Below are positions 21,601 through 30,310 of a DNA stretch of 64,000 nucleotides, piece after piece. Location: contig OZ257156.1 in the NCBI GenBank assembly GCA_965279375.1, forward strand, positions 1,568,001 through 1,632,000, written 5' to 3'. How positions within the stretch are numbered: the stretch's first letter is position 1; every line of letters begins with the position of its first letter. Both the position numbers and the translations under genes were made by a program. Under the pieces are notes generated by a model, which was given only the letters and a program-made list of their open reading frames with translations, made no database searches and was not told the DNA's origin. This DNA is from Gemmatimonas sp. (GTDB lineage: Bacteria; Gemmatimonadota; Gemmatimonadetes; Gemmatimonadales; Gemmatimonadaceae).

Positions 21601-21859
21601 CGACAAGGTGCCCTTCTACTCCGAGGGGCCGCGGCCTCTCGAGCGCGCGATGAATCTGATGGGCTCGATCGACAGTGGCCTCAATCCCACGATCCCCGGC
21701 CAACTCGAGTACGCTGGCGACGCGCGCCGAGACGCGCAGACGGTGATCGAGATGGTGGAGCGGCAGGTCGACGCCACGGTCAAGCGCATTAACCCGCTGT
21801 TGCAGGCGCTTGGACTACCGGCGCTGGCGCCGCCGGCCAAGAAACCCAACGCGATGTAG
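18659..21859 (+). CDS. Secreted VPS10/BNR-repeat (sortilin-like) glycosyl hydrolase-like protein
   Basis: RNIGPANMSGR, repeated S/TxDGGxTW Asp-boxes, GGLQDNG, GGDG, RFNWNAP, VATHGRAIWILDD; start at ATG 18659 (signal peptide). Confidence 0.85.
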   Translation: MSRLAPRFLLLAALPIASLSSQGSPRTGGSTRAPSPDASTASMSDSTFAGLSYRNIGPANMSGRMSDVEGIPGDPSTLYISAASGGVWKTTNGGVTWKPLFDKQPVQSIGDMAVDPTNPDVIYVGTGEANVRNSVSFGQGVYKSTDGGRTWKLLGLTDSRHISRIVINPIDPRKVYVAAIGHAFGPNEERGVFMSEDAGETWKKVLYIDNVHGASDIDIDPKNPNLLYAGMWLFDRKQWTFTSGDEKGGIYRSADGGKTWTKATKGLPKLMGRIGIKVAPSSPNIVYSVAETREGYVFKSTDYGETWTKTSDNAHTLGRGFYYADLRVDPTNENRVYTLGMSFSVSVDGGLTFKPMTGNFHGDHQTMWIDPKNTRRMFMGDDGGLNVSYDQGGAWQWFPNLPVGQFYQISYDMREPYYSVSGGLQDNGTWVGPSRSRGGSILSESWRFIQGGDGYYAVSHPDDPDRFLSDLQAGGIVATNLRTFEQREASPQVKRMDGYPADSNKVRFNWNAPIVKSPHDGKIVYFAGNIVFRSSDWGTTWTAISPDLSKNDKSKQGDAGGPILKENTVAEYYGTVFSLEESPVKKGVIWVGTDDGNVQVTQDDGKTWTNVAPNIPGVGINAVVSAVEPSHTDAGTAYVGIERRMMDDFKPYVFKTTDFGKTWTNITGNMPVGAYVQVVREDPKNTNLVYVGTELGLYANWNGGRGDWTKLHLGNLPNVAVHEVRVHPRENDLIVATHGRAIWILDDAAPIQQMTAQIAAKAAHLFPLRAATRVNTGGGEWNWGSLAFKGKNAEYGATISYWMKDKPASDSLVKIEILKEGAVIRTLKKPSAAQGFNRVTWDLRYDAPKVLSDMPADSSEAGDWRSRPVGAQALPGSYAVRLTVNGQSQEQPLTIRIDPSSGITMATLQTQFTQAQRLNEVITNLIETERALVAFRGQIEERSTSGVEMRGIVAAKSLVTAAGEEIGKLDSVRLQVTRPRLDKVPFYSEGPRPLERAMNLMGSIDSGLNPTIPGQLEYAGDARRDAQTVIEMVERQVDATVKRINPLLQALGLPALAPPAKKPNAM

Positions 21860-21881
21860 GCGGGACGTTCCCTGCATCACC

Positions 21882-21907
21882 GGCGCGCAGCACCTCCGCT
21901 GCGCGCC
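21882..21907. terminator. Hairpin between convergent genes, putative bidirectional terminator
   Basis: Perfect 10-bp stem ggcgcgcagc-acctcc-gctgcgcgcc; no U-tract. Confidence 0.5.
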
Positions 21908-22471
21908 CTACTCTGTCTGAGAACGACCGCACGCCGAGTTGGCAGCATCCCGCCGAGCCGTTGGTGCGACGTGAGTTGCGGTTGCAGGCGGCGTTTGCGT
22001 GAGCACGTTGTCATCCGCAAGCTGCGCATTACGAAACTTCGCGTCACGGTGCAGCGTGGCCGTCGGCTGTTCAAGCTCCTCGGAACGGTGCGTGCTGGTT
22101 GCTGCGGAGGACGGATTCGACAGCCAGTGGGCGCACCAGCTGAACCCCGCTGCAACCATGCCAACCAGCGCGGCGCCGAACCAGATGGCCTGACGCGCGT
22201 CGGGATCCATGGGATCGAAGAGCGGTAGCGAGACGAGCAAGGCCACCGCTGCGATCCCGGCGATCCCAATGGCCAACGACGCCCAGCGGGCGCGCCGCAG
22301 CACGCCGACGGCCCCGATCAGCGCGGATGAGCCGATCACCAACTGCAGCACACCAAACAATAGCGAGCCTGGCTCGGTATCTCGGAATTCATTCGGCACC
22401 TGCCGAAAGGCATTGCCGCCAATCAGCACGAGCGCTGCGGCGACCAGGTAGGCGCCCATCCGTCTGAGCAT
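21908..22471 (-). CDS. Hypothetical membrane protein (4 TM plus disordered tail)
   Basis: Four hydrophobic segments; GAGGAG RBS upstream on the minus strand. Confidence 0.6.
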   Translation of the reverse strand: MLRRMGAYLVAAALVLIGGNAFRQVPNEFRDTEPGSLLFGVLQLVIGSSALIGAVGVLRRARWASLAIGIAGIAAVALLVSLPLFDPMDPDARQAIWFGAALVGMVAAGFSWCAHWLSNPSSAATSTHRSEELEQPTATLHRDAKFRNAQLADDNVLTQTPPATATHVAPTARRDAANSACGRSQTE

Positions 22472-22492
22472 TGCTCGACTCCTCGATCGCGC

Positions 22493-23722
22493 TCAGTACT
22501 CGTTGAAGATGCGCTGGATCTCGCGCGGATCCTTCGTCTTGGTCAGCGCGACCATGAGCAGAATGCGCGCCTTGGTGGCTGTCAGGTGGAGTGCGGTCAC
22601 GCCCGGCGGTACCGGCGCTACGGCGGGACGTGCGGTGGATGTGCCGGCAGAATCACGACGCGTTGTGGTGTCCACGCGCGCAGGAGGCGGCGGACCATCA
22701 CCGCCTCCACCGCCGTTCACGTTCTCGCCAGAGGTGAATGACGTCACCACCACCACACCGGTCTGACGCAACGCGCGGTACGTCGCATTCTCAGCGTTCG
22801 TCATGCCCGTCGTCGCGACGACCACGCCCTTTGGATTGGTCGTGAATGTCTGCCCCGTGCCTCCGGGATACGACATCGTCAGCTCGACTTTCGGCAGCGT
22901 GTCGACGCCGGCGAGATCGAACTCGCTGCGTTCGCCGAAGCGACGTACCGGCGCAAAGAAAAACTCCGGCCCCTGCGATGCAACGACGCCGAGCATTCCC
23001 ATGTCGCCGGTGCTGAAGCCACCGGTGCGCTGATACAGCTTGCGTGATTCACGCGCCGACAGAATCCGGTCGTCCATCACCACCATCACGCCCTTCTGCA
23101 CGGCCTTGGGCGACGCGGCCGTGCGCACAGCTGCGAGCAGATTGATGGGGCCATCGGGGCTGATGCCCGTGGCTGGACGCTGCGCGCCGACCACGACCAC
23201 CGGTTTGCTGGAGCGCACGGTGAGGTAGAGAAAGAACGCGGTCTCTTCCAAACGATCGGTGCCGTGCGTGACCACCACGCCCGCCAGATCGCTGCGCTGC
23301 AACACCACGTTAATCCGCTTGGCCAGCTGCACCCACATCTCCGGCGTCACCAGCGTGCTGGCCACGTTCGAGAACTGCTCCGTCTCCACGCGTGCGTAGC
23401 GCGAGAGCTCCGGCACGGACGCCGTGATCTGCTCCGCCGTGAGCGTCCCCGCCCGATACCCGCCGAGCGTGCCGGGGGCATCCTGCACGCCGGCGATCGT
23501 GCCGCCTGTGGCGATGACGAGCACCTTGGGCGCGTTGGGGCTGGGCACGACAGCCGCTGCGCGCGCGGCGGTGCCGGCGGCCGGTGCGGGCGCGGCGGGA
23601 CGTGCCGCGGTCGGTGTGGCTGGCTGTGGGGAGGGCGCGGGAGCGGCATTGGGGCGCGCGCAGGCGACCAGCGCGAAAGCAATCAGTGCGACGGGCGTGC
23701 GGGCAGCGCGGATCAGGCGCAC
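22493..23722 (-). CDS. L-asparaginase (type II-like), predicted lipoprotein
   Basis: ATGGTIAG, HGTD.LEETA, KPVVVVGAQRP, DGPINL, KARILLM; lipobox ALVAC; GTG start at 23722 is inferred. Confidence 0.85.
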   Translation of the reverse strand: MRLIRAARTPVALIAFALVACARPNAAPAPSPQPATPTAARPAAPAPAAGTAARAAAVVPSPNAPKVLVIATGGTIAGVQDAPGTLGGYRAGTLTAEQITASVPELSRYARVETEQFSNVASTLVTPEMWVQLAKRINVVLQRSDLAGVVVTHGTDRLEETAFFLYLTVRSSKPVVVVGAQRPATGISPDGPINLLAAVRTAASPKAVQKGVMVVMDDRILSARESRKLYQRTGGFSTGDMGMLGVVASQGPEFFFAPVRRFGERSEFDLAGVDTLPKVELTMSYPGGTGQTFTTNPKGVVVATTGMTNAENATYRALRQTGVVVVTSFTSGENVNGGGGGDGPPPPARVDTTTRRDSAGTSTARPAVAPVPPGVTALHLTATKARILLMVALTKTKDPREIQRIFNEY

Positions 23723-23858
23723 AGCGGGCTCCGGGAGTGTGGTGGTGCGAAAGTCGATACGACCTACGAAAGCATGTGTCCACACCACTGCGCCAGAGTC
23801 TTCGACGAGATAAGCGCCGAGATCGCGGGCGTGTCCGCCAAGCAACCCGACGGAACTG

Positions 23859-25271
23859 CTACTGCACTCGTTCGAGATTCCGCTTTTCGAGCGCAGCACT
23901 CAGTCGGAGCGCTGTCGGCGAGGTGGCCAACCCACCCAGCGAGGTACACCGATGCTCTCGCGGCATGCGCTCGGCCACACGCTTCGCGGCGTCCACCACT
24001 TCGTCGAAGGGGATCATCGCATCGAAGCCGGCCAGCGCCATGTTGGCGCACGAGACGGCGTTGCTGGCCGCGATGACGTTCTTGCCCAGACACGGAATCT
24101 CGACGCGCGCAGCCACAGGATCGCAGATGAGCCCGAGCATGCTTTGCAGCGCCATCGATGCCGCGCCCGTGGCTTGCGTGAGCGTGCCGTCGGCCAATGT
24201 CACCAACGCCGCCGCCGACATCGCTGCCGCCGAACCGCCCTCGGCCTGGCAGCCACCCACCTCTGCCGCAAACGTCCACGGCTCGGCGATAAACACGCCA
24301 ATGAGCCCAGCCGCCAGCATCGCGCGCGCCATGTCGTCCTCGGAACGCCCCATCGCTTCACCCATCGCGACGACGGACGCAGGGAGTGCCGCGCAGGCGC
24401 CTGCCGTGGGTGCAGCGACGATCACGCCCATCGCGCTCTTCACTTCCATCAGCGCGGTGGTGTAAAGCACCGTGCGGTTGAGTGCGCCCGCGTCGAGCAG
24501 GCGACCGTCTTGCATCGCCTTGGCGAACAACCCGGCCTGCGGACCCAGCAGACGATCCTCGTAGCTCGTTCCCGCAACGCCCTGCGCGATCGACCGGCGC
24601 AGAATGCGCACGATGTCACGCATCATCGACAACACGCTGTCCGCGTCGAGTCCACCGCGCGCCATCTCGTACTCCACCGCCCATTGCCACAGCGGACGCT
24701 CGCGACCGGCATCAAGCGCGGTCAACTCGGTGCAGCTGCGGAAGGGCAGTATGGCATCAGGCAACGACTGTACGGGCAACACCTGCTGCAGCACGCGATG
24801 GCCGTCGCCCACAGGCCACTCCACACTCGAGCCGCCATCCAGCGACACACGCGTACCGTCGATCTCGAGCACCTCGATCATGCCGCCGCCAGTCGAGATC
24901 GCGATCATCGTGTGTCGCTCGCGCGCGTTGGAGAGCGTGAGGCGATACGTGTTGGGGTGCGGGTCATGCAGATCAGCGTAGCGGAACTCGGCGACGATGC
25001 CGGCATTGCGGAGATGCACCGCAGACAGCGGCAATCGCTCGTCGGCCGCGTCCCATCCGAGCAGCCCACCAAACAGCCCCATATCGGAACCCTGCCCCTG
25101 ATGCGTGTTGGGCAGCGAGCCGAGGTTGTCGAACTCGATGAGGATGTGGGTGATGTCCGCACCCATCAGGTCGCGCGCGAGTCGACCGATGCGAAGGGCC
25201 GCCGCGCAATGCGAACTCGACGCACCGCGCATCACGGGGCCGATGACGTCATTGAAGATGCTGACTGCCAT
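23859..25271 (-). CDS. Fe-S L-serine dehydratase, fused beta+alpha subunits
   Basis: N-terminal IGPVMRGASSSH, HPNT, STGGG (beta); IVAAPTAGAC, GGCQAE, LGLICDPV..VEIPC, TSLGGLA (alpha). Confidence 0.88.
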   Translation of the reverse strand: MAVSIFNDVIGPVMRGASSSHCAAALRIGRLARDLMGADITHILIEFDNLGSLPNTHQGQGSDMGLFGGLLGWDAADERLPLSAVHLRNAGIVAEFRYADLHDPHPNTYRLTLSNARERHTMIAISTGGGMIEVLEIDGTRVSLDGGSSVEWPVGDGHRVLQQVLPVQSLPDAILPFRSCTELTALDAGRERPLWQWAVEYEMARGGLDADSVLSMMRDIVRILRRSIAQGVAGTSYEDRLLGPQAGLFAKAMQDGRLLDAGALNRTVLYTTALMEVKSAMGVIVAAPTAGACAALPASVVAMGEAMGRSEDDMARAMLAAGLIGVFIAEPWTFAAEVGGCQAEGGSAAAMSAAALVTLADGTLTQATGAASMALQSMLGLICDPVAARVEIPCLGKNVIAASNAVSCANMALAGFDAMIPFDEVVDAAKRVAERMPREHRCTSLGGLATSPTALRLSAALEKRNLERVQ

Positions 25272-25448
25272 GGCGTGGCTCCGCGCAAAGGTCGCTGTCG
25301 AAGGGGAACGGATGGGGCAGAAGGTACGGACTCCATCCCGCGCGTCCAGAGGCGCGGGCAACGTATGGTGGAGTATCGCCCCGCCGCCGTAACGTATGCG
25401 TACTACAGGATGCGTTTCAGCCATGGGCCCCACTCACCCACGCTTCCC

Positions 25449-27104
25449 ATGTTCTCCGTCTTGTCGGCTGTCCTGCTCGGATCGATCATCGGGTCGTTCG
25501 TCGTCAACTCGGCCATCGACACGTATCCTCGTCAGCCCGTTGACGTGGAGCACTACCGCTTCGCGTTGACGCTGGCCGATTCGACCGACAGAATCGAGAG
25601 TGTCGCGACGATTCAGCTGCGCATGCTGACGGCGGGCGTGCGCACCGTGACGCTTGATCTGGCGGACGCCACGCCCGAGCGAAAGGGACGAGGGATGCGC
25701 GTGACATCCGTGCTGCGTCAGGGCAATGCGCTGCCGATGACGCATGGCGCCGACCATCTCGTCGTCACGCTCGATCATCCCTCTACGGCCGGGGAGTGGA
25801 TCGAGCTGGTGGTGCGCTATGCGGGCATTCCCGCTGCGGGATTGCAGATCGCGCCGGACAAGTTCGGCCATCGCGCGTTCTTCTCCGACAACTGGCCCGA
25901 TAAGGCGCGTCAGTGGCTGCCCACGATCGATCATATCTCGGACAAGGCGACGATGGAGATGGATATCGTCGCGCCGAATCACTATCAGGTGGTCTCGAAC
26001 GGGAAGCGCAGCGAGACGACGGAGCTTGCGAATGGCACACGTCGCACCGTCTGGCGCGAGTCTGCGCCGATCGCGCCGTGGCTCTTCGTGTTGGGCGTCG
26101 CGCGCTTTGCGGTGCAACACGTGGGCAGCTATGCAGGCACGCCGATCGAAACGTGGGTGCTCGCGCAGGATCGCGATGCGGGCTTCTACGACTTTGCCAT
26201 CCCAACCCACGACGCGCTCGCCTTCTACAGCGATCGCATTGGTCCGTTCGCGTACGAGAAGTTGGCCAATATTCAGTCGAGCGCGACGAGCGGTGGCATG
26301 GAGGCGGCATCGGCCATCATGTACAACGCGGCGAGTGTCACGGGCACGCGCACCGTGCGCTGGCGCAATGTCGTGATTCACGAGATCGCGCATCAGTGGT
26401 TCGGCAACGCGGTGACGGAGCACGACTGGAACGATGTCTGGCTCAGCGAGGGATTTGCCACCTACTTCACGCTGCTGTTCATCGAGCATGCGTACGGGCG
26501 CGACGAGTTTGCAGACGGACTTCGTGCGTCACGCAAGACGGTACTCGACTTCGACGCCAAGTCGCCCGCGTATCGCATCGTGCACGAGAATCTGGCGGAC
26601 ATGTCGCAGGTCACCTCGGCGATGACGTATCAGAAGGGGAGCTGGGTGCTGCACATGCTTCGCCAACGTATGGGCGATGATCGCTTCTGGGCCGGCATTC
26701 GCGACTACTACGCGCGCCAAATGAATGGCAGCGCCACCACCACCGACTTTCGCGTAGCGATGGAGCGCGCGTCAGGGCAGGACCTCGCGCCATTTCTGCA
26801 GCAGTGGCTCTACCGCGGCGGTGTGCCTCGCCTCGATGTGCAGTGGCAGTGGGATGCAGCGTCCAAGCAAGTCACGGTCGCGGTGACGCAGACGCAAGCA
26901 GGGGAGCCTTTCCGCCTGCCGATCGAACTTGGCGTGACGGTTGCAGGCGGTCCGCAGCGCGTCGAACGCGTCGAACTCACTGGTCGATCGGGCCGCTTCA
27001 GCTTTGCATCGGCGCAGGAGCCACTGTCTTTGGTACTGGACCCTAACGTCACGCTGCTGATGGAGGGTCGGATCAGTCGCGGGCCCGCGAATGCGCGGCC
27101 ATGA
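25449..27104 (+). CDS. M1 family aminopeptidase
   Basis: ARQWLPTIDH..DKA, GGMEA, HEIAHQWFGN, WLSEGFATY, YQKG..VLHMLR. Confidence 0.9.
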   Translation: MFSVLSAVLLGSIIGSFVVNSAIDTYPRQPVDVEHYRFALTLADSTDRIESVATIQLRMLTAGVRTVTLDLADATPERKGRGMRVTSVLRQGNALPMTHGADHLVVTLDHPSTAGEWIELVVRYAGIPAAGLQIAPDKFGHRAFFSDNWPDKARQWLPTIDHISDKATMEMDIVAPNHYQVVSNGKRSETTELANGTRRTVWRESAPIAPWLFVLGVARFAVQHVGSYAGTPIETWVLAQDRDAGFYDFAIPTHDALAFYSDRIGPFAYEKLANIQSSATSGGMEAASAIMYNAASVTGTRTVRWRNVVIHEIAHQWFGNAVTEHDWNDVWLSEGFATYFTLLFIEHAYGRDEFADGLRASRKTVLDFDAKSPAYRIVHENLADMSQVTSAMTYQKGSWVLHMLRQRMGDDRFWAGIRDYYARQMNGSATTTDFRVAMERASGQDLAPFLQQWLYRGGVPRLDVQWQWDAASKQVTVAVTQTQAGEPFRLPIELGVTVAGGPQRVERVELTGRSGRFSFASAQEPLSLVLDPNVTLLMEGRISRGPANARP

Positions 27105-27128
27105 GCTGAGCTGCGATGTGGCGTACTG

Positions 27129-27300
27129 TCACCGCAGCCCGAGCTGCTCCAGCGACTTCCTGAACTCCGGATTCTGGGCCACCGAATCGAGTCCAGGCGT
27201 TCGCGCCACGATGGGACCGATGGCATCGCGCACGATCGCCGACTGCTGCGCCTTCCACAGCCCGTAGCGCGCAACCGATTGACCATGTGGCGTTCGTGCG
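27129..27300 (-). pseudogene. Orphan 3' fragment resembling the C-terminal cap of a TPR/TolB_N kinase-type protein
   Basis: ...PGLDSVAQNPEFRKSLEQLGLR-stop resembles the P..D.LR.DPRF..L...LGL ending; no credible start. Confidence 0.4.
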
Positions 27301-27316
27301 TATGCGGCGCGCCGCC

Positions 27317-30190
27317 TCACCGCCTCTCGACAGTTGCCACATGCCGGCGCACATCCGCCTTGCGACTCACCTGCGTCGTATCGGCATCCTGCCACAACTG
27401 CAACAGGCGTTGCCACGTCGCATTCGCGAGCGGCACCTGGCCGCGCTGCTCGTACCACCCGGCGAGTCGGGTCAACAACTCCGGCAACTCGGCCGCATCC
27501 GGTTCAAACCGATGGATGTCCGCGGACGACAGATAGTCCTCAGCGGCGCGTATTGCGCCGGACAGGTCTCCGGCCGCCGCACGAGCGCTGGCGAGCGCCG
27601 GCAGCACACAGAGCGCGCAGTCACGCGCAGCAGCAGCCGCTCGCGTCAACAGTGCCGCGCCTTGTTCAGCGTTGCCAGCCGCGGCGAGCATTAGCCCCTG
27701 CACGTACGCGCTATCCGACAACGTCGCCCCCGATGTGAGCGCACGGCGAGCGACTCCGGCGGCAAGATCGTTCAGGTTCGAAGCGAGCAACACAGCGACC
27801 AGTGGCCCAACCGCGCGATCGGCGTCGGGTACACGTTCGATCGGCATCCGCTCGAGTGCTCGTTGCAGCGTCGTGCGTGCGGCCGAGCCATCGCCGCGAT
27901 AGCGCAGCGCGAGCCACGCCGACGTGACGGCCCCCGACAGAAACCGGTGAGACGAGTTCACCGACAGCGCCAGTGTCATCGATTCGGCCAAATGCGACTG
28001 TGCACGAAGCACGCGGCCGCGCAACAGTTCGATGCGCGCGAGCGTCTGTAGCGCATCCACACGCTGCAGTCCGCTGACATCGCTCGCGAGACGTACGATC
28101 GCCAGCGACTCGGCTCGCGCCCATTCCTGTGCAGACACCGCCAGATAGATCGGCGTCAGTCGTACGACTGGATGCCCGGGGAATCGCCGTGTCGCCTCCT
28201 GCATGACCTGCGATGCCTCGGCATGACGACGCTGCATCGCGAGCTGCTCAGCCAGCGTGAGGTACGCGTGCACGAGCGTCGAGTCGGCCGCGATCACACG
28301 CTTGAACAGCGACTCCGCTTGCACATGCGCCCGCATCGAGACGTACGTGAGCGCGAGGTTGTTCATTGCGGCAATGTCTTGCGGATACACCTGCAGCAGC
28401 GTGCGATATGAAGCCACGGCCGCTTTGTAGTCAGCGGTCGCATTGCGGTAGTAGCTGCCTTCGAGCAGATATCGCTCACGGAAGCCCAGCCGATCGCGAT
28501 GCTCGAATGCGTGACGCAGCGCCACCTGCGCCCGGGCCGGCTCGTCCATGCCGACCCAGGTGGAGCCCAGCATGCGCCACGCCGTGGCGAATCCGCTGTC
28601 GAGCACGACCGCGCGCTGCAGACGTTCGAGGCCACGTGCGCGCTCACCATCATCCAACAGCCGCACGCCTTCCCCGTACTCCCGAAGTGCCGCCAGTGAC
28701 GCCGTGGTCACGCGGGCGAGTGGCGACGGCGCCGGCTGCGCGGCAAGCGTGCTGTAGGCGCGTGAGGTGAGTGCCCGGGACAAGCGTTCAATTGCCGGCA
28801 GCAGTCCGGCCTCGTCTTCAGCCGTCTCGCGCACCGACGCCAATGCGTTTCCATCGCGCACATCGACCAGTCGCGCGGTAAGTAGCCACGTTCCGGCGAC
28901 CCGGCTGACGTCACCTGCCACGATCGCCTTCAGTCCTTCCCGTACGGCGATGGCGCGCACCAGCGAGTCATCGATCAACGCGTCGTCCGGGTGCAGCGAT
29001 CGGCGCACCGCGTTACGCACCTGTGCGCCCGTGAGTACACGAACGCGTGAGTCCTGTGCGAGATCGACGCGCAGCGCGGCGGATACGACCGCACCAAGTC
29101 CGTCACCGGCGTCGCTGAAATCCGTCACGATCAGGCGATCCGCAGACGCAGCCGCCACCGCGGCAGAGGGCGCCGGTGGCAACCCGGACGCAGGAGCCGA
29201 TGCGTTTCGCGAACGAACGACGACGAACACCGCGACTACTGCCACTGCCGCCACGGCCAGCCACGATGCTGACAGGTGGCGATCGCGACCCGGCAACGGC
29301 GCGGATGTCGTCGCATTTGCGGAGAGCGCACCGCCCGCCTCACCCGCCGTCCCTGACTCACGTGCGGCCGTGTTGGCACGGAGACTTTCTGCAACACTCG
29401 GCACAGCGGGGCCGGGCACGGCCTCCGATTCGAACGCAATGCCGCTTGCCGCCTCCGCCTGTCGACGCGCTCGTATGGCCGCGACCAGCGCAATGGTCTC
29501 GGCCGACGGAGGCACCCCCAATCGCGACTCGAAGTCCCGCATCGCCCGATCTGCGATGCTGAGCGCCTCCCCCGCGCGTCCGCGCTCCTCGCTCAGTACC
29601 AGCAACAGGCGGAGCGCGTCTTCATCATCGGGTGCGATTTCATTCCAACGCGCGGCCGCGCTGATCGCGTCATCGATGCGACCTGCCTGTCGTGAACTAT
29701 TGGCCAAGCGTTCGGCGGATTTCGCGGCGAGAGTTCGGAGATGCCGCCGAGTGCGATCCATCCACTCTTCAAATTCCGGAGACGTGTCGCGAGGGTAGAG
29801 TCCATCGAGGAACTCGCCCTGGTACAGTGCCAGCACACGCGCATCATCACCCGACGCTGCCGCGCTCTCGAGATCGACGGCGTCGCAGAGCAGCATCGAG
29901 GGAGACAGGCTCAGCCGTCCGTCGGCGCCAGAAATGATGGCGGCTTCGCCGAGGCGCTGCCGCAAATGATGCAAAGCCTGTCGCAACGCTGAACGGGCCT
30001 CGTCCTGTCCCGCTTCCGGCCAGAAGTACGCGATGAGGCGGTCGCGCGACTGCGCAGAGCGCGAAGACGAGAGTGCGAGGTAGGCGAGCAGCGCCAGACG
30101 TTTCGGCTGCATGGTGAGCAGTGGCGCGATTGGCGATACGCCCTCGCGCAGTTCAGCTCGTCCAAGCGTAAAAAGCGTAATACTCGTCAC
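27317..30190 (-). CDS. SARP-type wHTH/BTAD transcriptional regulator with TM, TolB_N-like and TPR domains
   Basis: LFTLG..QPKRLALLAYL..RDRL...FWPE..ARSALRQALHHLR, LYQGEFLDG, FEEW, LGVPPS.ET; TM; TTASLAALREY; TPRs; WQDAD end. Confidence 0.85.
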   Translation of the reverse strand: MTSITLFTLGRAELREGVSPIAPLLTMQPKRLALLAYLALSSSRSAQSRDRLIAYFWPEAGQDEARSALRQALHHLRQRLGEAAIISGADGRLSLSPSMLLCDAVDLESAAASGDDARVLALYQGEFLDGLYPRDTSPEFEEWMDRTRRHLRTLAAKSAERLANSSRQAGRIDDAISAAARWNEIAPDDEDALRLLLVLSEERGRAGEALSIADRAMRDFESRLGVPPSAETIALVAAIRARRQAEAASGIAFESEAVPGPAVPSVAESLRANTAARESGTAGEAGGALSANATTSAPLPGRDRHLSASWLAVAAVAVVAVFVVVRSRNASAPASGLPPAPSAAVAAASADRLIVTDFSDAGDGLGAVVSAALRVDLAQDSRVRVLTGAQVRNAVRRSLHPDDALIDDSLVRAIAVREGLKAIVAGDVSRVAGTWLLTARLVDVRDGNALASVRETAEDEAGLLPAIERLSRALTSRAYSTLAAQPAPSPLARVTTASLAALREYGEGVRLLDDGERARGLERLQRAVVLDSGFATAWRMLGSTWVGMDEPARAQVALRHAFEHRDRLGFRERYLLEGSYYRNATADYKAAVASYRTLLQVYPQDIAAMNNLALTYVSMRAHVQAESLFKRVIAADSTLVHAYLTLAEQLAMQRRHAEASQVMQEATRRFPGHPVVRLTPIYLAVSAQEWARAESLAIVRLASDVSGLQRVDALQTLARIELLRGRVLRAQSHLAESMTLALSVNSSHRFLSGAVTSAWLALRYRGDGSAARTTLQRALERMPIERVPDADRAVGPLVAVLLASNLNDLAAGVARRALTSGATLSDSAYVQGLMLAAAGNAEQGAALLTRAAAAARDCALCVLPALASARAAAGDLSGAIRAAEDYLSSADIHRFEPDAAELPELLTRLAGWYEQRGQVPLANATWQRLLQLWQDADTTQVSRKADVRRHVATVERR

Positions 30191-30221
30191 GAAAGCCCAC
30201 GGCCAGCGCAGAAAGGTCCAG

Positions 30222-30241
30222 CGTTACCTCGTTTGGTAACG
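30222..30241. promoter_or_regulatory. Palindromic operator candidate CGTTACC-N6-GGTAACG
   Basis: Perfect 7-bp inverted repeat in the divergent intergenic region between the BTAD regulator and the PEP-CTERM gene. Confidence 0.5.
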
Positions 30242-30310
30242 GTGGGATGCACTCCTGGATAACGATGCGAACTCAGGATTCTCCAAACGTCTTCACGGAG
30301 AACATTCACC

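Noticed and set aside
23952..25448. N-terminal half of the 1050-aa ORF, suggesting a fusion to the M1 peptidase
   Set aside because: Antisense shadow of serine dehydratase; the peptidase starts at 25449.
30230..30270. Sigma54 promoter for the PEP-CTERM gene (also checked at 18530-18545)
   Set aside because: GG...GC spacing is not the required 12 bp.
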